From: Octopus sinensis
Taxonomy: Eukaryota
Assembly: GCF_006345805.1 (NCBI RefSeq)
Contig: NC_043001.1
Location: 23,622,001 to 23,686,000 of the forward strand
Length of the DNA stretch: 64,000 bases
Direction: 5' to 3'
Both the position numbers and the translations under genes were made by a program. Below the pieces are notes generated by a model that saw nothing but the letters and a program-made list of their open reading frames with translations, ran no database searches and was not told where the DNA came from. Positions 36,547 to 45,870 of this stretch are shown here, in pieces (the first letter of the stretch is position 1; each line of letters starts with the position of its first letter).

Positions 36547-38106
36547 GGCCAGTCAGGCGGTACTGGCAACGGCCACGCTCAAATGGTACTTTTTATGTGC
36601 CACCTGCACAGGAGCCAGTCCAGTGGCACTGGCAACGACCTCGCTCGAATGTTTTTTTCACATGCCACCAGCACAAGTGCCAGTAAGGAGATGCAGGTAA
36701 CAATCACACTCGAATGTTGTTTTTAATGTGCCATCAGCACAGAGGCCAGTTTGTTGCTCTGGCAACGATCATGCTCGTACGGTACTCTTAGTGCTCCACT
36801 AGCACTAGAAAGATAGAACAGTATTGTAGGATAGGTGTGAGAGGCTGGAACTGGCAAGTTTGAGCATAAAACATGTAGAGTATTTGGGTCTGATATGTCC
36901 AGTTTAAATGCTAAAGGGTTAATGTTCTTTTCCTTTGCTCCCCTCTTCTCTCTGTTTATGTGTGTGAGCCTCTTTCTCTGACAAAAGGGAAAAATGTTTG
37001 CGTCACTCATGTTCAATAAATAAATTGTAATATGTCCCTGGTGGAGGCGCAATGGCCCAGTGGTTAGGGCAGTGGACTCGCGGTCGGAGGATCGTGGTTT
37101 CGATTCCCAGACCAGGCATTGTGTGTGTTTATTGAGCGAAAACAACTAAAAGCTCCATGAGGCTCCAGCAGGTGGTGGTGGCAACCCCTGTTGTACTCTT
37201 TCACTACAACTTTCTCTCACTCTCTCTTCCTGTTTCTTCTGTAATGCTGCAATGGACTGGCGTCCCGTCCAGCTGGGGGGAACACATACACCATAGAAAC
37301 CGGGAGACCGGGCCCATAAAAAAAAATGTATTTCTTACTCTTCCTTTCTATTTGTATGTTTCTGTGCACATGAGCTTGTGTGTATGTGCCACCTGCACAG
37401 GAGCCAGTCTAGCGGCACTGGCAACGACCTCGCACGAATGATTTTTCATGTGCCACCAAGGCGATGCAGGTAACAATCACACTTGAATGGTATTTTTTAT
37501 GTGCCACCGGCATGGAGGCCAGCTTGTTGCTCTTAGCGCTCCACTAGCACTAGAAAGATAGTATTGTAGGGTAGGTGTGAGAGGCTGGAACTGGCAAGTT
37601 TGAGCATAAAACATGTAGAGTATTCGGGCCTGATATGTCCAGTTTAAATGTTTACAATTTAAAATACCATTCGAGTGTGATCGTTATTAAATAAATTGTA
37701 ATGTATCACTTGTGGAGGCACAATGGCCCAGTGGTTAAAGCAGCGGAATTGCGGTCGGAGGATCGCGGTTTTGATTCCCAGACCGAGCGTTGTGTGTGTT
37801 TATTGAGCGAAAACAACTAAAAGTTTACAATTTATTACATTCAGTACCAAAACATTCTAAATGCCCAGTCAGCTGTACCAAGTTATCTGTATCCAAACAG
37901 CTGCACCAAATCATTTCATTCAGGTTAGCAGCATACATTGAATATATGCCTTTCTAAATATAAATATCTTATGCTTCTCTGTTTTGATTTTCCAGGTAAG
38001 GAGACATGCTGGTGTGTTGCAATCAACCAAGCGAATAGGTAAAGAAGCTGCACGGAGAATTTATCAGCTCATGACAACAAAGGACCCAAATTTATTGTTA
38101 AAATAA
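9563..38106 (+). CDS. EME1: Crossover junction endonuclease EME1, spliced gene span. Exons: 9563-9997, 15048-15170, 17210-17380, 21174-21266, 24087-24202, 25029-25110, 27530-27645, 34754-34928, 35484-35540, 37996-38106; about 492 aa
   Basis: Manual splicing gives one continuous frame with GT-AG junctions and matching phases. Motifs align to vertebrate EME1 as recalled: QPKECLK-SMTVIIDP (RPEECLK-HIIVVLDP), IEEAFLNLQL...FTKAVGEKPGK (AEEALVDLQL...FTKAVAEAPFK), LWKLQLQQF..IS.DIANAIV..YPTP ([27 protein letters not shown]), VRRHAGVLQSTKRIGKEAARRIY ([23 protein letters not shown]). Confidence 0.93.
10467..11170. mobile_element. piggyBac-like MITE (TTAA TSD) containing a nested CR1/L2-type 3' end (about 10870-11100, +)
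   Basis: TTAA|CCTCTTGAC ... GTCAAGGGG|TTAA; the nested piece encodes PWNKLPDEIV...RFKVSLD and ends in (GAATT)n. Confidence 0.7.
11200..11540 (-). mobile_element. RTE/BovB-like LINE fragment
   Basis: NAKINNHIGKATSTLG...KQEQKLNSF...DKVSN, with stops. Confidence 0.6.
11600..12015 (-). mobile_element. SINE family B tandem dimer
   Basis: Two units joined at GAAATACCTATTTC (about 11776-11789). Confidence 0.85.
12480..12860 (-). mobile_element. SINE family B tandem dimer
   Basis: Same junction at about 12650-12663. Confidence 0.85.
15048..15170 (+). CDS. EME1: EME1 coding exon 2 (VMQKSDQ...QPKECLK)
   Basis: aatag|GTG...AAG|gtttgt; 123 nt, phase 0/0; ends in the conserved P.ECLK motif. Confidence 0.88.
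15316..16008 (+). mobile_element. SINE family B head-to-tail trimer (about 228-bp units) with 13-bp TSD
   Basis: Units start near 15316, 15545 and 15773; flanked by tatggggttagaa (15303-15315) and tatggggctagaa (16009-16021). Confidence 0.88.
17210..17380 (+). CDS. EME1: EME1 coding exon 3 (SMTVIIDPGVV...DTEDQE), start of ERCC4-like domain
   Basis: caacag|TCT...GAG|gtaatg; 171 nt; IESQFMPYVVSWKR resembles IEAQAVPCSVTWRR. Confidence 0.92.
17440..17820 (-). mobile_element. SINE family A
   Basis: Near-full copy about 60 nt downstream of EME1 exon 3. Confidence 0.87.
17925..18840 (+). mobile_element. Two tandem SINE family A copies (about 17925-18295 and 18327-18840)
   Basis: Both carry head and tail motifs; the second has a (TATC)n/(TA)n expansion. 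Confidence 0.85.
19085..19385 (+). mobile_element. Internally deleted RTE derivative
   Basis: APE start ICTYNCRSL joined directly to the C-terminal RWT..VVWY.REWKRPFGRPP.KW. Confidence 0.65.
19482..19703. mobile_element. piggyBac-like MITE (TTAA; TIR CCCTTTAGCATT)
   Basis: Right end AATGCTAAAGGG|TTAA, left end degenerate; matching ends near 36900-36922. Confidence 0.6.
21174..21266 (+). CDS. EME1: EME1 coding exon 4 (VKTWNLDVDEKDIVIMM...HFKT)
   Basis: cttcag|GTC...ACG|gtaaaa; 93 nt, phase 0/0. Confidence 0.85.
21523..21924. mobile_element. MITE with 8-bp TSD and GG termini (Merlin-like by inference)
   Basis: TIR GGATCTTTTCGGTTTGA...; TSD taattttg at 21515-21522 and 21925-21932. Confidence 0.85.
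22560..22965 (+). mobile_element. SINE family A
   Basis: Full head-to-tail match. Confidence 0.85.
23180..23760 (+). mobile_element. Penelope-like element fragment, GIY-YIG endonuclease
   Basis: CVYAIPCSCSRLYKGET...EHRK...SGIADHVWENGDH...WDEVKII (ORF 23298-23645). Confidence 0.88.
23934..23971 (+). ncRNA. Degenerate hammerhead motif, same family
   Basis: GACAC-CTAATGA-AGGTATATTAGCC-GAA-ATGT-T-GTGTT (partial deletion of stem II). Confidence 0.55.
24087..24202 (+). CDS. EME1: EME1 coding exon 5 (NSMAMNNVSSLDQY...GSHIGS)
   Basis: aaacag|AAT...CA|gtaagt; 116 nt, phase 0/2. Confidence 0.85.
24405..24805 (+). mobile_element. SINE-like family C (internal GTGCCGGTGGCAC repeats, GGAAGGGCATCCAGC motif, (GAT)n tail)
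   Basis: Copies near 7590-7845(-), 13395-13640(-), 16845-17030(-), 26220-26480, 27140-27330, 33315-33505(-), 43015-43195(-), 43820-44015(-), 47830-48110, 51970-52260, 53205-53365(-). The RTE-type partner LINE is inferred from the tail. Confidence 0.8.
25029..25110 (+). CDS. EME1: EME1 coding exon 6 (ASKRSG...DRLSIEE)
   Basis: caccag|A...GAG|gtttgt; 82 nt, phase 2/0; RLSIEE resembles RVDAEE. Confidence 0.82.
25282..25680 (+). mobile_element. SINE family A
   Basis: Full head-to-tail match. Confidence 0.85.
27530..27645 (+). CDS. EME1: EME1 coding exon 7 (AFLNLQL...FTKAVGEKPG)
   Basis: tttcag|GCA...AA|gtaaga; 116 nt, phase 0/2. Confidence 0.92.
27940..29230 (+). mobile_element. Degenerate RTE-clade LINE (RT and C-terminus)
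   Basis: STTDAIFLVR, LCTDDFVFIAE, YIGDQVSSGGG..ESVVARIKMGWSKFR, LHSSETW. Confidence 0.85.
30251..30286 (+). ncRNA. Second copy of the CUGUUGA hammerhead-like motif
   Basis: CTTT-CTGTTGA-A-GAAC-ATAG-GCTC-GAA-ACAT-A-AAAA. Confidence 0.5.
31675..32250 (-). mobile_element. CR1/L2-group LINE 3' end with (TTA)n tail
   Basis: PYPERLTSLGMDTLKLRR...TRGH.YK..K....DFRKHFF.LRV.EAWNKLP; same family at 42430-42790, 48926-49500 (internal deletion), 22285-22440 and about 8720-8750. Confidence 0.88.
34754..34928 (+). CDS. EME1: EME1 coding exon 8 (KDRLQSEFSF...YPTPKCLFE)
   Basis: ttttag|G...GAG|gttagt; 175 nt, phase 2/0; HhH-region motifs. Confidence 0.93.
35178..35397. mobile_element. piggyBac-like MITE (TTAA TSD, TIR CCCTTTCGTTAC)
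   Basis: TTAA at 35174-35177 and 35398-35401; near-identical copy at 39816-40029. Confidence 0.85.
35484..35540 (+). CDS. EME1: EME1 coding exon 9 (AYEKCSSEKEGIKVLEDIT)
   Basis: tctcag|GCA...ACG|gtaaat; 57 nt; resembles AYQQCFSDKERQNLLADIQ. Confidence 0.9.
35814..36177 (+). mobile_element. HINE-like (Helentron-associated) non-autonomous element
   Basis: 5' TATTACCTCTGCC hairpin (CCTCTGCC/GGCGGAGG), then GTTTGT repeats and GGATGGATTTTGATGAAAC; 3' TTGGCAGAAG...CTCTGTGAGTGCTC-Tn. This matches the established HINE architecture. Confidence 0.65.
37996..38106 (+). CDS. EME1: EME1 terminal coding exon (VRRHAG...DPNLLLK*)
   Basis: ttccag|GTA...TAA at 38104-38106; RIG...RRIY motif. Confidence 0.92.
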   Translation, partial: VRRHAGVLQSTKRIGKEAARRIYQLMTTKDPNLLLK

Positions 38107-38107
38107 A
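38102..38107 (+). terminator. Candidate EME1 polyadenylation signal AATAAA overlapping the stop codon
   Basis: AAA TAA A at 38101-38107, followed by U-rich sequence. Confidence 0.35.
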
Positions 38108-38159
38108 TCCCTTTTAGCCTTATTTTCACATTGTATTTTTTAAAATTAAATATTACTCT

Positions 38160-38520
38160 TTTAATCTTTTACTTGTTTCAGTAATTTGACTGCGGCCATG
38201 CTGGAGCACTGTCTTTAGTCGAGCAAATTGACCCCAGGACTTATTCTTTGTAAGCCTAGTACTTATTCTATCGGTCTCTTTTGCCGAACCGTTAAGTTAC
38301 GGGGACATAAACACAGCAGCATCGGTTGTCAAGCGATGTTGAGGCGACAAACACAGACACACATACATATATATATGTGTGTATATATATGTGTGTGTAT
38401 ATATGTGTGTGTATATATGTGTGTATATATATGTGTGTATATATATATATGACGGGCTTCTTTCAGTTTCCGTCTATGAAATCCACTCACAAGGCTTTGG
38501 TCGGGATCGAGGCGATAGTA
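38160..38520 (-). mobile_element. SINE family A between the EME1 and MXRA7-like 3' ends
   Basis: Truncated reverse copy with an internal microsatellite. Confidence 0.85.
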
Positions 38521-38948
38521 GTTTATGAAATTTGTTTTGGGATCTTAACTTTAGATAATGCACTGGAATAAATACCAGTTATTACACTGGATTGCTGTTT
38601 AGTATAGTGTTTCTGTATTGATTGAAAAGAAAATTGAGATACATTTTAAAACTTGTTCAATACTACAGCAAAGGAAGAATTATATGGATGCAAAATCTGT
38701 TTTGTATTCTCACAGATAAAAAAGGGTTGGAAATATAAATATTTTTTTGGTGGGAGAAGAATGGTATTTGAAAAACACTGATTCATATCGGGGGGGGGGG
38801 AAAAAAAATGAAAATAAAGATAATGAAATACAAAAAGTTCCCCCAAACATTTATTCATAAGTTAATAAGTTAGTAAACAACAATACAACAGTTAAGATAA
38901 ATATTATATAACTTATAGTCTCTGAGATACACATCTGCTAACAACTGT

Positions 38949-39217
38949 TTAGTTTATTGAATAGAGATTCATTTGTTGTTTCATCTCACTGATATCTGCC
39001 AATCCAAATTTATCTCCTTGAGCTTTCATGAGATTAAACATTTCTTCCAACTGGTGTCGTTGAATAGCTCTCTCTTCTTCTAGCTCTTTCTCAGAAAGTT
39101 GTATATTTTTCAAAGTGAGGCGTTGTTTCGCTTTCTTCACTTCACTTGGAATGTGTTGACAAAATTGCATTGGGTCTATATCTGAATTGGTTTGAGGATT
39201 TTGGGTTTCTTCACAGC
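38949..39217 (-). CDS. MXRA7: MXRA7-like protein, terminal exon (C-terminal helical domain)
   Basis: LSEKELEEERAIQRHQLEEMFNLMKAQGDKFGLADISEMKQQMNLY aligns with the recalled human MXRA7 C-terminus MTKEELEEEQRVQKEQLAAIFKLMKDNKETFGEMSDGDVQEQLRLY. Strong acceptor ttttattttcag, phase 1. Candidate AATAAA on - at 38850-38855. Confidence 0.82.
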
Positions 39218-39815
39218 CTGAAAATAAAATAAAATAAAATCCTTTTAAGTATACACAAAAACAAATAAATAGTTGTTAGAGAGTTGGATAGACTTCTGTG
39301 CAATATTTGCTTTGACTCCTTGCACTCGAGTTCAAATAAAACCGAGGTCAACTTTGCCTTCCATCTATTCAAGGTCACTAAAAAATTATCAACAAGGGTG
39401 GTAGATTACAGAACTGTAAGATTGTTTGAATACTTTGTGGTATTTGTTCTGGTCCTCAGCATTTTGAGTTCAAATCCTGCCATGGCTTACTTGGGTGGTG
39501 GGGTTAATCTGTCATTTGATTTAACTCCTCCACTTGGTACCTTGGGTGCTTCTAGCAGAATCCACTTTTTAAAAGCACTCAAGCGAGGTGTCTCTAGTTT
39601 GTTCTTTCTGTCCACTTATCTCAAATGCCTTGTAAAAAGATTAAAAGAAAAAAACAAAACAAAACAAAACAAAAACAAAATAATTTAGGTAGCAACCTCA
39701 CCAATTAGGTGGTCCATTAATGAACTTTTTCTTATGTAAAATACAAACACCGGAGTTCAAGATTTGTGAATTTTTTGTCTGCCTCTAAAGCGAAGGCTGC
39801 AACATTTTAGTTTAA

Positions 39816-40029
39816 CCCTTTTGTTACTGTATTTATTTTGAGATGCTCTGTGTTTCTTTCAATTATTTTAAATATAACAAAGAATTTAGTAAAACAACTT
39901 AGTTATCATTAAGCTAGTGTTTGGAACATAAATTGTGACTAAGGCTTGGTGGAATATTTTAATTCAAAACCTATGAAAACAAGACATTTTACCACAGAGC
40001 CGGTTTTGGCCGGGTTAGTAACAAAAGGG
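39816..40029. mobile_element. piggyBac-like MITE, second copy
   Basis: TTAA|CCCTTTTGTTAC ... GTAACAAAAGGG|TTAA. Confidence 0.85.
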
Positions 40030-40369
40030 TTAAGAGACGTTTATTTTAGGGAAAGGGAAATAGAAATAGCTCTATCCAAAAAGTGAACTTTGATTGTTGG
40101 GGTGATTACTTCCAATATATGATGTATACATCAGTTTTTATTAACATTAAAACTTATAGTAATGAAGACAAAGTTCAACTGTCAGTGAACCAAATCCATG
40201 ACCCAGTTTTCAGTGTTGTTTGAAGACATTGCATTTCTGTTATGTCATTAACCCCTCTCAGACCTGGGTCCCTATGTCTAACTTTACCTTCAACCTGGGC
40301 TCCCGAGCAAAAAGGCACATATACAACTCGAGTGTAATGATTGCAGGCAAACTAATGGACAGAATTGTC

Positions 40370-40835
40370 TGCATCTTTTTGGCATCCGTGCTAGTGGAGT
40401 GCTAAGAGTACCATATGAGTGAGATGATTGCCAGAGCAACAAGCTGGCCTCCGTGCCGGTGGCACATTAAAAACACCATTTGAGTGTGATTGTTACCTGT
40501 GTCGTCTTACTGGCACTTGTGCTGGTGGCACGTGAAAAAAAAACATGCAAGAGAGGTTGTAGCCGGTGCCACTGGACTGGCTCCTGTGCAGGTGGCACAT
40601 AAAAAACACCATTTGAGCGTGGCCGTTGCCAGTACCGCCTGACTGGCCCTTGTGCCGGTGGCATGTAAAAGCACCCACTACACTCTCAGAGTGGTTGGCG
40701 TTAGGAAGGGCATCCAGCTGTAGAAACTCTGCCGGATCAGATTGGAGTCTGGTGCAGCCATCTGCTTCGCCAGACCTCAGTCAAATTATCCAACCCATGC
40801 TAGCATGGAAAGTGGATGTTAAATGATGATGATGA
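40370..40835 (+). mobile_element. SINE-like family C, longest copy
   Basis: About five internal units of about 65 bp plus a (GAT)n tail. Confidence 0.82.
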
Positions 40836-41891
40836 TGTTCATTACCACTTTACTGGGAATTCAGCAGAGATGACTTTTAGCCTCTTCCTACTACATGAGG
40901 ATACAACATGGCAGGGTAAATACACTCTTGGTAAAATTATGAATATTACAATTCTGTTTTTTCTTTTATCAATTTGGATATGAAATCACAAATAAACTTT
41001 CTTGGTGTGTTCAGTTTTTAAACATCATATAGAAATGGAACACAAACTTAAATAAAGTTATTTAACTCCAGGTAATGCTAGCTGGAGCTGACCTTATGAT
41101 CAAAGCTTTTTTAGTGAGATGAAGCAACAAATGAATCTTTATTTCAGCTACTGACCATCCTGCCTTCTTTAGAGATATGTACAGCATACGTCAGCTAAAG
41201 TGTCCTATCCTTATAGAAAATGTCAGGGAATGATTTATGTAAAATTTGGTTGTTATTTCTAGGAGGTTGAAAGGTCACATAGTAGATACTTTGACAAAGA
41301 CAGGGGCATAGAACTATTTAACTTGAAAAATACCTTACTCATAAGCTTATAAGACATTCTGGAAACTAATATATTTGCATTATTGAGATAAAACATTTGA
41401 TACTTATTCTATCAGTCTCTTTTGCTGAACTGCTAAGTTATGGGTATATAAACACACCAGCACTGGTTGTCAAGTGGTGGTGGGGGACAAACAGATACAA
41501 AGAAAGAAACACATAATATAAATACATACATACATATATATATCATCATCATCACCCTTTATGTTCATCTTCCATGTTAGCATGGGTGGGACAGTTTCAC
41601 AAGAGCCAGCCAGGTAGAAGTCTGCACCAGACTTCTGTGCCTATTTTGGCAGGATTTTTACAGCTGGATGCCCTTCCTAGCACCAACCACTCAGCAGAAT
41701 GGGTTTAATGCTTTTTACATTCCAGCCTTCATCAGGTGTCTTGGAAATTTCGAACCTGGGTTCTCATTCCTAAGGTATTTTTCAATGTTGTTGTTGTTGT
41801 TATCATTATTATTATGATTAATAATAATAACAATAATAATAACATCGAAAAATATCTTAGGAATGAGAACCCAGGTTCGAAATTTCCCCGA

Positions 41892-41937
41892 GACACCTGA
41901 TGAAGGCTGGAGGGTATACCAGCTGAAATGCTGTGTT
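41892..41937 (+). ncRNA. Minimal type-I hammerhead ribozyme motif (Penelope-type), probably decayed
   Basis: GACAC-CTGATGA-A-GGCTGG/CCAGCT-GAA-ATGC-T-GTGTT: stem I GACAC/GTGTT, 6-bp stem II, U16.1 lost. Confidence 0.7.
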
Positions 41938-43659
41938 AACAACAAACAAGATGAGGACAAATATCTGTTAAATGTAAATAATGTACATAATTCCTCATCT
42001 CTTAAATAAACAACAGTTTTGGCAAGGTTTTTACAGCTGGATGCCTTTCTGAACACCAACCACGTTACAGTGTAGATTGAGTGCTTTTAAGTGGCACCTG
42101 CACTGACAGGGTCACCAAGTACTTGCAAGACAAAAAAAAAAAAACTTTCAAGAGGGGAGGAGGCATTGGAGAAGGTGATCTTGTGTTGTATGATGAAAAA
42201 GTTATAGAGACAGATACAGGTGTCTTGCTGTAGAGGAAAGAGATCAGGAATGGCTGGAAAGATATCAGGAATGAAGACAGAAACAGGTGTGCTACCGCAA
42301 AGGAAATACATGGTTACTCAACCTGAGGGAAGTGTAGGAGGAAGAGAGAGTGAGAGACACCAGGATAGAGATGGTGGCAAAAAGCTGAGCATACTCACAA
42401 GGAACAGTGATCAGAATAAAAAAAAAAAAAAATAATAATAATGAAATTATTGTATACAGTGCTCAGGTGCACCACAACTTGTCAAAAGTGTGTATAAAGT
42501 ATATGCAGTAATATACAAATGTCTGGAAAGCGAACAGTGTATGAGTCAGATACATGCTTGTGTGTGTATGGAGGGGAGAAAATCAGGTGTAGTGTTGGCG
42601 AATCTCAGGAAGCATGGAAGTTTTGAAGGATGCAGTGCTCCGACAATTAACAACTGATGCCGGCAGTTTGTTCCATGCTTCAGCAACTCTCAGCGTGAGA
42701 AAATGTTTCCGAAAGTCATGGGAGCTGTGCTGTTTTCTGACTTTGTAAATATGTCCATGGGTGTTAGACAGGTGGAGTTTGGTCGAGTAAAAGAAGAGAG
42801 ATATAGATGGTGGTATGTTATGGATATTCGAACCTTCAGGTTCGAATGCCATAAGTGGTAGGATATTTGCGATGGAAATGTGATTAAAGAGTGTGAGTGA
42901 GTAAGTGGCAAAAGATCTTGGTGTATATAGAGTCGGTGAACTACTGGATAGCAATGATACAAAGGAACAGAGCCGTGAGGACAGGATTGGGGAGTGAGAG
43001 CTAGGGATAGTGTATCATCATCATCATCATTTAACGTCTGCTTTCCATGCTAGCATGGGTTGGATGGTTCAACTGGGGTCTGGGAGGCCAGAAGGCTGCA
43101 CCAGGCCCAGTCTGATCTGGCAGTGTTTCTATGGCTGGATGCCCTTCCTAACGCCAACCACTCCGTGAGTGTAGTGGGTGCTTTTTATGTGTATGAAGGA
43201 GGAAATTTGAGAAACAGAAGAGATATGGCAATGTAGATTGGTTTGTTGGGGTAGGGAGGGGAAAAGTTTTCTTGTTATGTGTAGGTGGAAAGACAAAGGT
43301 CAGGGGCTAACAGATAGCAATAGTACAGTGAGATGGGGCATGTGGCTAAGTGGAGAGCAATGATACAGTGGCACAGGGCCAAGAGGACAGAAGTGGAAGG
43401 TAAACATACTGTATGAAGTGGAAATGTGAGGAAGAGAAGATGTAGAGATGTAGTTTGGCTTGTTGTTGTAGAGTGTGTGAGAAGTCTTATTGTTAAGTAT
43501 GGGTGGTACACGCAACGCTTCTAGAACTCAGTTTCACTGACGTGGGCAGTCTTCTCAAGAACTTCATATCGCCAGACATCTCGGTCCGTTGTCATTTCCT
43601 CTGTGAGGCCAACTTCCTGAGATCGGTCCTTACCACTCCATCCCACTTCCACGGGTACC

Positions 43660-43781
43660 ATATATATATATATGCACATACATACACACACATATATGTA
43701 CATACACACACACATATGTACATACACACACACACACATGTACATACACACACACATGTACATACACACACACATGTACAT

Positions 43782-43812
<31 letters not shown>

Positions 43813-43815
43813 CAT
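43660..43815. repeat. (CA/TA/ACAT)n compound microsatellite
   Basis: Directly visible; source of spurious His/Thr and Cys/Val ORFs. Similar tracts near 18520-18640, 26700-26755, 47520-47820, 48105-48320, 57140-57185. Confidence 0.95.
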
Positions 43816-44029
43816 ACTTCATCATCATCATCGTTTAATGTCTATTTTCCATGCTAGCATGGGTTGGATGGTTCGACTGGGGTCTGGGAAGCCAGGAGGC
43901 TGCACAAGACTCCAGTCTGATCTGGCAGTGTTTCTACAGCTGGATGCCTTTTCTAACGCCAACCACTCCATGAGTGTAGTGGGTGCTTTTTACGTGCCAC
44001 TGGCACAGGGGCCAGAGACATACATACAT

Positions 44030-44083
<54 letters not shown>

Positions 44084-44469
44084 CTGTAAATATAATATGT
44101 GACAATTATTCGGTAGCCATGATAAAACTCCAAGTTTTGGATGTCGGGGCAGAAACCCAAGCTGCCATCTCTTCAGTTATCCAGTCATCGGAAAAAATGC
44201 TATGAAAAATGACCATTATACAAAGGGAAAATACTGTGTGATTGACTGTTATGAAGATAAAAGAGCTATTTGAATGACTGCTAAGTGAGGAGAGGGAGTA
44301 AAAATGTTCATAGTATTCGCGTAAGCGCGCATGTCCACACCTACACATGTGCGCCCGCACACCCACATACATACGCCTTTAAGTATATACTCATCCACCC
44401 TCACTTGAAACACACACATGCTCACCCATACATTCGCCAAAAATATATACATACATACTTGCACACACA

Positions 44470-44955
44470 CGCACACAAAAAAGTTTCATGCACACGTCTA
44501 TACACACACATGCCCAAGAAAAAACGGCTAAAGGTACAATACAGAAAAATGTGTAAAAACGTGTAAAAAAATAAGCAATAAGAGTAAAACACGTCTATAT
44601 ACACACATATTCGTATGCACGCACGCACACACTTCTATATACGCGCATACCCGCACACACACACGCGCACAAAAAAGGTTCATACACATGTCTATATATG
44701 CACATGCTCAAGAAAAAACAGGGCTAAAGGCAAAATACAGAAAAATGTGTAAAAAATAAGCAATAAGAGAAAAATGTCTATATACGCGCATACACGCATG
44801 CATGCCCACACACACGTCTATATACGCACATACATGCACACATCCAGATGCGTGCAAAAAAAATTCCATATACACATCTATATATGCACAGGGAAAATGC
44901 AGGGTGAAAGGTAGAATATAGAAAAAATATGTGTAAAAAATATATGAGCAATAAA
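44470..44955. repeat. Minisatellite, about 3 units with period about 190 bp
   Basis: GCACACAAAAAAG...AAGAAAAAAC.GGCTAAAGG..AATACAGAAAAATGTGTAAAAAATAAGCAATAAGAG repeated near 44470, 44665 and 44855. Confidence 0.75.
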
Positions 44956-45019
44956 CTTATAAAACAATATCTCTATAAATATGTAAAAAAATATATAAAT
45001 ATATAAGAAATATAAGTAA

Positions 45020-45870
45020 AAAGTATTGAGAGATAAAAAGCTTGTATGTGGACACAATATAGAAAGCAAGTCCTTTCTGTCATCTCGGGGGAACCAAAAA
45101 TGTAACAAATATTTAGCCATGTGTGGACATGATCTGAAAACTTCAGTTCTTGAATTTAGACATGTGGCGGGGTCTAAGCTGCTTTACCAGATGAGCCATC
45201 TTTCCATATCAGAAAGTCTGCACTTTCCACTGCCATTGGTGTAGGGCTTACACTTGGCTAAGATCTTCCAATGGATGTTGTAACTGACACCTATATCTTT
45301 TAAGGACCATATATGACTAGATAATTTGGTTGTTTTCCTTTTATCCCAGTGCCTGAAGTTCAAGGTGCCTGGCCTTGAAATTACCCTCTGTAAGACCCAC
45401 GTATTTCTTCATCGAAACCGTGTCCTTAGTGGATATAGAGTCCACAGTGGCTTCATAAATGATGGTCTTAGACATGCAAGCTCCATTTAGTGGGCACAAA
45501 TTTGTATCCCTGCATGAGCAGCTGGTTTCATAATTTGGTTTTTGTGTGTTGTGTGCAATTATATTTTTAAAATTAGTAGTTGAGCTGAAACAGAGCTTTC
45601 TGTAACTGTGGTTGACTGGAAAATGTCTATCTATCAGTGCTAAGAAATACTTGCCTATATTGAAGGTCACTTTGGGTGAGTAGGGGTGTGTGAACCAGAT
45701 AGTTTTCCTATTCCTATGTTTCCTCTTCTTTGTTACTGGACTGGTGGCAGGTGTATAGATTATTTCCTTGCTAAATCCACTATCTTTTAGAGCCTTATTA
45801 TATACTGGGGCAATGCTATTAAAAGTGTCCCTAGCGGAAGAGAGGCTTGAGTAACCTAATTTTGCAATAT
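45020..45870 (-). mobile_element. Penelope-like element C-terminal fragment (Cys-rich linker + GIY-YIG)
   Basis: NIGKYFLALIDRHFP...CSCR..LCPLNGAC..IIYEA...YVGLTEGNFK, then LSSHIWSLKD...WKIL..CKPY..G...CRL. Confidence 0.85.

Noticed and set aside
37035-37110. Possible tRNA gene (also other tRNA-like heads)
   Set aside because: A and B boxes are present, but the sequence continues into a SINE body and no complete acceptor stem is evident.
40385-40690. CRISPR-like palindromic repeat-spacer pattern
   Set aside because: Eukaryotic context, no cas genes, degenerate repeats, and identical linkers in dispersed copies; it is an internal SINE tandem.
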